The position numbers were made by a program, and so were the translations under genes. Of a stretch of DNA of 64,000 bases, positions 34,801-44,880 are shown piece after piece. The number at the start of each line of letters is the position of its first letter. The stretch's first letter is position 1. Source of the DNA: Gracilinanus agilis (lineage: Eukaryota); contig NC_058131.1 in assembly GCF_016433145.1 (NCBI RefSeq), positions 402,493,933-402,557,932 of the forward strand, in the 5' to 3' direction. A model generated the notes under the pieces. The model was given only the letters and a program-made list of their open reading frames with translations. It did no database searches and was not told where the DNA came from.

Positions 34801-37800
34801 TAGATGCTTACACCCCTCTATATTCTGGCATGGACCTTGTGGGGGAGGGCAAATTGAGCTACTTCCTGCCTTTGAAAGGAGTGGGAAGGATGGGGATGAA
34901 GCAGGAAAGGTATGGACTGACTGTCCCCTGTGCTCCTCACATGCTTCTGGATCAGGGACAGGTGAGTGTTCAGGTCTGCTGCCCTCTCTATTCTCCTCCC
35001 TCACTTCCTTCTATTCCCTTTCACTCTGAAGACCTCTCTCCTTTTCTAGATGTCCTCTCTTCTATCTTTCCCCTTCTCCCAGTGTCTTTCCTTTTCACTC
35101 CCATCACTCAGCTTCCCAACCCCATCCCTGCCCCCTCACAGGGACTTCGCCTTTGTGGCGGGTGACAAGGATACCTGCATGTTGAAATGCCACGTGTTTC
35201 GCTGTGATGTTCCAGCCAAGGCCATTGCCAGTGCCCTGCATGGGCTGTGTGCCCAGGTGAGGGGCCCTGAATGGGATAGGGCAGGAGGGGGCTGAAGGGG
35301 GCTGAATCTCAAGAGTTCCCCTCGCCTGATCTCTCACCCCCGACCCCAGAGTGTTTATGTTGCAGATTCTGTCAGAGAGAGCAGGGGTGAGTGGTGATCC
35401 TCCTCGATGTTCCCTGGACCCCATCTCCCCTGAGGATCTACCCAGGCAAGGTACAGCCAGAGGATGGGGTAAAGAGTGGGGACCACAGGCCATCAAAATA
35501 ATTTTAGTGGAGTTGGATGGATAGCTTGGGTGGGGGCTATAGTGGGAGGGAAAGTGATCATAGGAGTTTTTGCCCATACTTTGTGACCAGCCTTTTCTGC
35601 TACTCCTGTGCCATACAGTGGGAGGTCCTAGATCTGTACTGGCAAACCTATGGCACAAATGCTGGAGGGGGCTGCTCCCTTTTCCCTCTCCATCCTGCCT
35701 GAGGACATTTCTCATATCACCCACCCCTCTGCCCAGCAGCCCAATGGGAGCACTTCCTCCCTCCCCTGTCTGGGGTAAGGGAGGTAGGGCTCACATGTGG
35801 TGTGAGGGTTGCAGTTTGGACACTCAGGTTCTAAAAGGTTCACCATCACTGTGCTAGAAGTAGTAGGCCTTACCTGGTCCCAGATTTGACGGTGGTGGGA
35901 GTAGGGAGGTCCTCATCTCCAGTGCTGCACCTGCATGGTTACTCTGGGTAGGGATGTTCACTTTGAGGGGGCCCACAGTGATCTTATGTACCTCTCAGTG
36001 GAGCTTCTTGATGCGGTGAGTCAGGCTGCCCAGCAGTATGAGGCTCTCTACGTTGGGACCCTGCCAGTCAGCAAGGCCATGGGTAAGAAACTGGGAACAG
36101 TCAGCTGGGGCAAGGAGAAAATCTAAGGCAGATCTGGGTGGAGGACAATGGAATGGACATAGGATGAGAAACAAGACATGAAATTCTGAAATGTCTATGT
36201 CTTGAAGTGTTTTACATCTCCCTGTAAGATCTAACTGTAAAAAGCCTTAAGGCCTGACCCTCCCTTCCCTACCCTAGATCTTATACTTGGTTACCCTGCT
36301 CAGTTTCTCTCAAAGTGAGCTAGAGGGCCTTTTGTCTTAAAGTCTCCCTGAGGTCCACCCCTTAGAAACCCATTCCTTTGAACTAGGATAGGAGCTGCAA
36401 TGTGTGTATCCCCACCCCCCCAGGGATGGATGTGCTGAATGAAGCCATTGGGGCCTTGACATCCCAGGGGGACCATCATTCCTGGGCCCCAACTATACTC
36501 AGCGTCTCTGACTCACTCATGACTGCATTGCCTGCCCAGGTAATAGGGATTGGCAACCATTAAAGTGCTAGAGGAGATCCGGTTTCAGAAGGAAAGGGGA
36601 AGAGACTGAGATCTTGCATTAATGTGTGGAGTCCTAAGGCAGGATCTCTCAGGCAGGGACTGAAGCCAGGTCTTTGGGGTCAAGTGGGAGCATTTGTGGG
36701 AGGGGGAGGTCTTGAGAAGGGGCCAGTCCCCCATTGATGACTGCATATTGGGGGTGGGGGGAAGGGACAGGCAGAGCTGTGTGCAGAAGAGGAGCCATTG
36801 TGGCAGTGTCCAGTACGACATGTGACCTTCATTGGTGTTGGCCATGATCCTCACACCTTCGGACTCATTGCTGACCTTGGTCACCAACGGTTCCAGTGTG
36901 CTGCTTTCTGGTGCCAGCCTCATGCTGGGGCACTATCTGAGGCTGTTCAGGCCGCATGCATGGTGAGCTTTGAGGGTTGGGGGAGCTTGCTCTGGGATGA
37001 GGGAGGGGCAGGATGGTATTTTGGGAAATCCTAATTCATTCCTTACTATGGTACATAAAATTCTTGATCTCTAGCAGTTCCTTGGCCTACATGGATTTTT
37101 TTCCTCTTAGTTGGGAATTGCTTATAAGCAACAGAAAGACCAGAGTCATTTAGATACTTCCTTTGTGCAGGCCTTAGGCTTCAGATGGAGGTAGCTGATC
37201 AGACAAACAACATTAGCTGAAGATAGTTATTGACCAACTCCTTTCTCCAGTTAGCTTGAAGGAGCTTAGTAGTAGTCAGAAAGGATGATGCTGCCCTTTC
37301 CTCCCCATTGGCTGTCCCATACAAATTTCTTCTTCCTTAGATTCCTGTTCCCCTTCATCCTTTTTCCCTGTAGAATTTCCCATGTGATCATCCTTTCTCT
37401 CTTCCCTTGGGTCCTTCACTTTCATAACCCTTCTCTTCTCTCTTCCTCATGTCCCATCTGACTAAGTCCTCTTAGTTCTACTTCTATAACATCTCTTAGT
37501 CCATCCCCCTCTTCATCCTAACCACCCTAGTATGGGCCCTCAGTACTATCTCCTGGAAGGTAGTAGCCTCCTTCCATTCTTCTTTGGAAAAGAATGGCAT
37601 CTTTGGATGGCTCTAGTTCATGTTCTAGCCTTCATGTTCCTGCCAGAAGAATCTTGTGTATAGACCTTCCACTTATAAAGCTTTAGTTACCCCTTTTACC
37701 TCTCAAATAGACTTCAAAGTCTTCTGCCTGGCATTCAAGGACCTTCTCAGTATGGTTTGCTCTACCTTTACAGCCTTACTATGCCACTCTCCTTTAAGCA

Positions 37801-38760
37801 TTTTGTAGTCTAATCAAATTGTAGTATTCCCAGTCCACCAAACATGCAATGTGATTGATCTGCTGTCTCTTTTCTTTTGTTCACACTATTCCCAATTTGA
37901 ATACCCTTTCTTCACATGTTGAAATCTTACCCAGTCTTTAAAACCTAAATTAAATACCATATGCTCCAGAATTCCTTCCCGCATGCTCTTGCTTTGTAAC
38001 AACCTTCCTCCTTTCTCCTGGACCTCAGAGAATACTTTTGTTTTATAACCCTACTATACTTAGGTAATATGGTGTCTTATCCCTCAATTAGATTGTAAGC
38101 TCCTTGAGTACAGGTATAGTATCTTACCTCAAATTTGTATATCCTTCCTTAACTAACACAGGTTTCTATATATAGTAGCAGGTGCTTAATAAGTGTTTGT
38201 TATGGGGGCAGCTGGGTAGCTCAGTAGATTGAGAGTCAGGCCTAGAGACTGGAAGTCCTAGGTTCAAATCCAGCCTCAGACACGTCCCAGCTGTGTGACC
38301 CTGGGCAAGTCACTTGATCCACATTACCCACCCTTACCACTCTTCCACCAAGGAGCCAATACACAGAAGTTAAGGGTTTAAAAAAAATATTGCACTAGAA
38401 ATACCAACTATAGCAATAAAACAAGAAAAAGAAATTGAAGGAATAAAAATAGGCAATGAAAAAACAAAGTAAGTGTTTGTTATATTGTACTGGATTGTAT
38501 TGCATCCCTTTTCTTAGGTACAGTACCAGAAATGTCTTGTGGCCTCTGCTGCCCGAGGGAAAGCCCGGGGTGCCCAAGCCCGGGCTCGACTTCGACTCAA
38601 AAGGACAAGCTCTGTGGACTCTGCAGGAGGACCTTTGCCTCTCTCACTCCCCTTGCTCAAAGGTGGAGTTGGAGGTGCAGGGGCCGCCCCCCGTAAAAGA
38701 GGTGTATTCTCCTTCCTTGACTCCTTCCGACTAAAACCCTCTTTACTGCATATGCCCTAG
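31789..38760 (+). CDS. APBB3: Amyloid-beta precursor protein-binding family B member 3 (Fe65L2), 488 aa: WW plus two PTB/PID domains
   Basis: Exons 31789-31837, 32670-32833, 32960-33036, 33269-33329, 33846-33992, 34468-34595, 34956-34961 (microexon), 35142-35256, 35366-35450, 35999-36082, 36424-36539, 36771-36962, 38518-38760. [18 protein letters not shown] domain [42 protein letters not shown]-terminus [11 protein letters not shown]. Frame is continuous. Confidence 0.97.
38204..38469 (+). mobile_element. SINE fused to an internal L1 ORF2 fragment within a single TSD
   Basis: SINE 38204-38385, then [28 protein letters not shown] (L1 RT region) at 38386-38469, flanked by TAAGTGTTTGTTAT at 38190-38203 and 38470-38483. 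Confidence 0.85.
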
Positions 38761-39119
38761 ATTGAGATGGGAAAGGTTGGGAAGGGAGGCTTTGGGGGCC
38801 CTGCCAGCAATTTCACACCACTCATATTCTAGGAGCCCAACTAGCCACCCTAACACCTCCCTATTCTCACTTGCCCCTATTATCTATGGAGTCTTCCTTA
38901 CTTACCCCTCATCTTCCTGCCTGGCCCATCCCTATCTCTTCTATTAATATGTTAATGATTTATATTGAATATTTATTAGCCTTCTCTGGGTTGACTGCAA
39001 CCTCTGCCCCTATCCCAGACCCATTTCCCTCCTCATTCCTGGTTCCTGTGACCCCTGTCCCTGTCCAGTCCTGGGCAGTTGCCTCTACCTCAGCAACACT
39101 TTTTAGCAAAATCAATGCA

Positions 39120-39125
39120 AATAAA
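39120..39125 (+). terminator. APBB3 polyadenylation signal
   Basis: AATAAA about 360 nt after the stop. Confidence 0.65.
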
Positions 39126-40029
39126 ATCTCAGAGTGGCCTCGCTGGATGTGACTGTGCTGCCAAGGAAGGAGTCAGTGGCTGTTTCTGTGTTTGGTGCTA
39201 GTAGTTATGGATGGTTCATTTGGAAAGAATATATCCTGGGGGAAATTTGACTAGTATCTCCTCTTGCAGAAGGGGTGAGGGGGTCCAGAAAGCAGAGGGA
39301 ATCTCTTGAGTGAAACTACTATCTTCCAATCCTAGAGATCAGGCACTTAATCAATTAGAGCTATCAATAGACATTAATTAAGTACCTACCAAGTTATAGG
39401 CATTGGTGTGGATGCTGGTAATAAAAAGATGTGAAAATCTCTGTCCTTAGGGAGCTGACAATTCTATTGGGGGAGGGCTGTGGGGGCGCAATATGTACAC
39501 TTTCAAATAAATACAAAAACAGTATAATAAAATACTATAAATATAACAGAAAAGAAATATAAGCTATTAGAGCAAAGAAGCATTCACAGCTGGGGGAGTC
39601 AGGAAAAGCTTCATTTTCTACATGTAAGCATTAGAACTGAACTTTGAAGGAAGCCAGGGATTATAAGAGGTAAAGAAAGTACAATCCAGACCTGGGGCAC
39701 AGATATAGGGATGGATTGTTATATATGAGTGATATTAAGATCCTATTCGACTAGACAGAAGAGTGAAGGCAAGTAGGGTGGAAAGGAAGGTTGAAGCTAT
39801 GTTCTGTGAAGGCCTCAAGACTTACATGCCAAAGAGAGTCTACATTTGCCTTGGGCTGCTGAGTGGTACAGCGAGTAGAGTGTTGGAGTGGGGTTATTTG
39901 AAGCTTGCCGCAGACACTTACTGTAACAGGTCAGTTAAATTTTCAGTCTCAGTTTCTTTTTAAAAGTCTTTTCATTTTATATATTTTGAGTTCCAAGTTG
40001 TCTCCCTCCCTCCCAACCCTGTATTAGAA

Positions 40030-41330
40030 AAGGAACAATATTCCTGTTGCTGTATACAAGTTCTCTTGGATCTGTTCATTTGGCTCTGCATTACTTCATG
40101 AAAATCTTTGTGTTTTTCCTAAAATCAACCTGCTTGTCATTTCTTACAACACACCATCACAATCATACTACAACTTACTCATTCCCCAACTGATGGGCAT
40201 CCCCTCAATTTCCAGTTCTTTGCCACCACAAAGAGAGCTGCTAAAAATATTTTAGAACGTATATTGGAACATATTCTTTTTCTTCTGATCACCTTGGGAA
40301 ATAGACCTAAAAGTGGTATTGCTGAATTAAAGGGTATACATAATTTGATAACTCTTTGGGCATAATTCAAAATTACTCTCTAAAACATTCACAAGTCCAC
40401 CAACAATGTATTAGTGTCCCGATTTTTATGTATACCCCTTAATATTTGTCATTTTCCTCTTCCAGAATTTTAGCCAATGTGATAAGTGAAATGGTACTTC
40501 AAAGGGTTGTTTTAATTTGCATTTCTCCAATCAATAATGATTTAGAGCATTTTTTCATATGATTTTTATTTCTTTATTCAAAAACTGCCTGTTCATATCC
40601 TTTGCCCATTTATCCGTTGTGAGATAATTCATATTCTTATAAATTTGATAAAGTTCTCTACATATTTGAGATATGAGGCCTTTATCTGAGAAACTGTCTA
40701 TAAAAATTATTTCCCTAATTTTAAAACTTTCCCTCTAAATCTTAGTTTCATTAATTTTATTTGTAGAAAGCCATTTTAACTTAATATAATCAAAATTATC
40801 CATTTTACATCCTTAAGTGCTCTCTATCTCTTGTAAATTCCCAAATTCTTTTATCCACAAACCTGATAGGTAATATGTTCCATGCTCTTCTAATTTTTTA
40901 TATATCCCTTTATGTCTAGGTCATGTATCCATTTTGACCATATCTTGGTAAATTATATTAAGATATTGGTCTATTCTTAGTTTCTTTTTCTGCCAGACAG
41001 CTGTCAAGTTTTCTTAGCATTTTTTACTAAATGAGTTTATATTCCAAAAGCTTAGATCTCTCTTTTTTAAAATTTTTAAATATTTTCCCATGTTTACATG
41101 ATTCATTTTCTTTCTCTCACCTCTTTCCTTCCCCTTCCCAGAGCTGACAAGCAATTCCATTGGGTTGTGCAAATGCTATCACTTGATACCTATTTTCCAT
41201 ATTATTCATTTTTGCTATATTTATTATATCTTAATATGGCACTGTTGACCTCCTTCCTTTACATTTTTTCATTAGTTCTTTTGATATTCTTTGCCTTTTG
41301 TTTTTCCAAATGAATTTTGTTTTTTTTCTA
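40030..41330 (-). mobile_element. LINE-1 fragments (ORF2 3' part and 3' UTR)
   Basis: Minus-strand ORF 40179-40370 NYAQRVIKLCIPFNSAIPLLGLFPK...AALFVVAKNWK is L1 ORF2. Confidence 0.85.
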
Positions 41331-42204
41331 GTTCAACAAAATAATTTTTTAGTAGTTTAATTGAGATGACACTGAATAGGTAGAAGCATAGCATCCTCAG
41401 TTGCTTCATCAGCAAAATGGTGCTCATGATGGTACCTATCTTACAGTGAAATGTAAGTGCTTTGTAAGTCTTAAAGTGCTCTCTATATAAATGTTAGTCA
41501 TTACTGTTATTATCTTGGAGATAATCAAGAGCCACTGGAATTTATTGAGCAAGGGAATGGCAATAGGAATGTCAGTTTGGCAGTGCACCTACTCTTACTA
41601 GCCTGAATTTGACTCTGGTACTTGGGACTAGAAGCCAGCATGATGATGTAAGGCACATAGTCTCTCTTGGTCTCAGTTTTTTTTCTGTAAAAAGATGCTG
41701 ACAGATTAGATCAGAGGTTATTAACTTTTTTAAAAAATCATGAACCCATTTGGCAAGTCTAGTGAAGCCTATGTACCTTTTCTTGGTAAAATGCTTGTTA
41801 CTATGTTCCTCTTGGAAGGAAATAGTTTCAATTAAGGGTTAGTGAAAATAAAGATACAATTTCTCTGCCTTGCCCCCCCTCCCAATTCAAGATACCCCTA
41901 GGCTGTTACACCTGGACTAGATAATTTAAAAGTTCCCATCAAGTTCTAAGGCAATGATCTGCCCCAAACTGGGAAGCTGGCCCAGGGTGATGAGGTGAGA
42001 AGCAGCAACCCAGAAGAGTTGAGAGCAGTCCTTACTTGGGATTCAGGGGACCTGGCTTCAGGCATGTGCTGGTAAATGTTTAACAAATGGATTTCCAGGA
42101 GGATCCAAACAGGACACAATTTTAAATTTAGTTGATATTAACATTTGCTTTAGAGTGTAGACAGTCAAGAAAAAAACAAATCTCTGATTTGTAGCCATGG
42201 TCAA

Positions 42205-42380
42205 TTTTTTTTTTTAAACCCATGCTATCTGTCAGTATCAATTCAAAGGCAAAGAGTAGTAAGGGCTAGGTAATTGTGGTTAAGTGACTTGCACAGCATC
42301 ACATAGCTAGGAAGTGTCTGTAGCCAAATTTGGAGGCCAGTCCTCCAGACTCTAGGCCTGGTGGTCCAGTCTAGCCCCTA
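42205..42380 (-). mobile_element. Opossum-type SINE
   Basis: Reverse-complement consensus with a poly-T head. Confidence 0.75.
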
Positions 42381-43544
42381 GTTGCTAATTTCTGAGATGT
42401 AAATAGTCACACTGAAAATTTAGCACTTAGTTCTTGCAGGATGGAGCATACTCTACCTGCCTTTTAGACCTATCTTCAACTTCGAGGCATTTCTCTTTCA
42501 CCTTCCTCAAACTATAAAAAAGGAATAATGGTAACCTATACTATCAGTCTTGAAGGATTGTTGTGAGGAAAGCGTTTTCTAAACTGTAAAACAAACATCA
42601 CAGAAATGTGTTATCCTTTGAACTTTCTCCTATGGGTACACCAGGTCAAACGAGTCCCTTTCCCCATAGGTCAGGAGACATTGGGCTTTACAAGGCTGTG
42701 CTTTGGCCTTCCCTTCTGTACTACTTTGCTTGGTGATTTCATCAGCCCTCATAGATTCTCCCAACCCTAACTTATGCTGACCTCCAGTATCACATTTCTA
42801 ACTGCCTTTCTGACATCTCACACTGGATGATCAATTAGATATCTTACTCAATATGTCTAATACCAAATTTGCTATTTTCCCCCCAAACCTTATTCCCTTC
42901 AAACTGCCTTATTTCTGCTATGGGCACTTCCATTTTTTCAATCCCCTAGGCTGGCTGAATTCTGATTACCATGTCCAATCAGTTGCCAAAGCCTTTGCAA
43001 CATCTCTGGAATATAACCCTTTCTCTCAGATGCTGCCACTACCTTGGTGCAGGCCCCTGTCACCTGGACTATCAGTCAGCATTTACTGACTGCCTATGTA
43101 GCAAACACTAAGGATAAAGAGGTAAAAGCCAATCCCTGCATTCAAGTAGTTCACAGACCAATAACCTGCTTACTGGTGGACCTCCCTGTCACAAGTATCC
43201 CCACTGATATCCTCTAATCAGCTGCCAAAGTGATTTTTTTTTTAAAAAGCAGGGTAGACCATGCTACCTTATCTCCACAATAAACTCTAGTGATTCCTAA
43301 TCTGTTCCAGCATCAAATACAAGCTTGTGCTCAAAACCCTTCTTACCTAGCCCCCCACATGCCTTTCCAGTCTTCACACCTCACACCTCCCCCCAGTACT
43401 TTTCCATCCAATGACTCTTGGCTGTCTTTGAACAAGGCACTAACTGTCCCCCATATCTGGAGCTCTCTCATCTCAGCCTCCTGGCTTCTTTCAAGTCCCA
43501 TCTAAAATGCCATCTTCTATAGGAAGCCTTTCCAAATCCCTCAA

Positions 43545-44250
43545 TTCTCTTTTTTTTTTTAATTAAAAAAATTTTAATTTAATTTAGAACATTTTTCCAT
43601 GGTTATAGGATTCATGTTCTATCCTCCCCTCCTCCCACCCCCTCCCACAGCTGATGCACAATTCCACTGGGTTTTACAAATGTACCATTGATCAAGACCT
43701 ATTTCCATATTATTGATATTTGCGATAGGGTGCTCATTTTGAGTCAGCATCCCTAATTATATTCCCATTCTCCCATGTGATCAGGCATGTTGTTTTTCTT
43801 GTGTTTCTACTCCCACAATTCTTCCTCTGAATATGGATAGCATTCTTTCTCATAGTTTCCTCATAGTGGTCCTGGATCATTGCATTGTTGCTAGTAGAGA
43901 AGTCCATTACATTTGATTTTACCACAGTGTATCAGTCTCTGTGTACAATGTTCTCCTGGTTCTGCTCCTTTCACTCTGCATCAATTCCTGGAGGTCATTC
44001 CAGTTCACATGGAATTCCTCCAGTTCATTATTCTTTTCAGCACAATAGTATTCCATAACCAACAGATAACACAATTTGTTCAGCCATTCCCCAATTGAAG
44101 GGCAACTCCTCATTTTCCAGTTTTTTGCTAACACAAAAAGCGCAGCTAAAAATATTTTTGTACAAGCCTTTTCCCCTATGATCTCTTTGGGGTATAAACC
44201 CAACAGTGGCATGGCTGGATCAAAGGGCAAGCAGTCTTTGGGCCAACCCC
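43545..44250 (-). mobile_element. LINE-1 3' end
   Basis: ORF 43919-44254 PFDPAMPLLGLYPKEII...ALFVLAKNWK..CPSIGEWLNKL...; poly-T at 43548-43560. Confidence 0.92.
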
Positions 44251-44529
44251 TCAATTCTGAGGATCATTTCCACTTTATTTTCTCTGTAGCTTGTTCGTAC
44301 ATATTTGTTTACTTGTTCTCTACCCGGCTAGTTCCTGAGCTCTTTGAGATCAGGGGGCCGTTTTAGCTCTTTATGTATCTTCTCAGCGCTTGGCACAGTG
44401 CCTGGCACATAATAGGTTCTTAAATGCTTACTAAGGGACTGACTGGCTCCAAAAAGAGGTAGCTAAACAGGTCAGAGGCCCCTCTCTCGATCCCCCTCCC
44501 CTTAAGATTTGTGCCCCCTCATTCTCCAA

Positions 44530-44880
44530 GCCACTAAGCCGACATCGAAAGTGGAAGCCTACGTCGCGCAACAGCCCCTAGAGAGCCCCTTAACCAGTCT
44601 TCTCCGCATCCCGACACCGTGGCACTGCAGAGGACCGAAGGCCAGGATTGCCCAATGAGGAGCGGAGTAGCACAGTGTGGCCCGCCTCCGGAAGTGAGAC
44701 AACGACTGCCCCGCTGGCCATGCGGAAGTGAGGCGATGGCGGAGCTGTACGTGAAGCCGGGTAAGCTGGTTTCTGGAAACTTGAAGCCCCTCTTCCCACC
44801 CGGGCCGGAGGACGAGGGCGAGGGAGAAGGTTTGAAGGGATGGGGTTGACTCGGCGCGGGGGCGGGGTGGTCGCGTGGTA
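44530..44880 (+). promoter_or_regulatory. SRA1 CpG-island promoter (CCAAT, two ETS/GABP sites)
   Basis: CCAAT 44652-44656, CCGGAAGTG 44688-44696, GCGGAAGTG 44722-44730; CpG dense. Confidence 0.75.
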
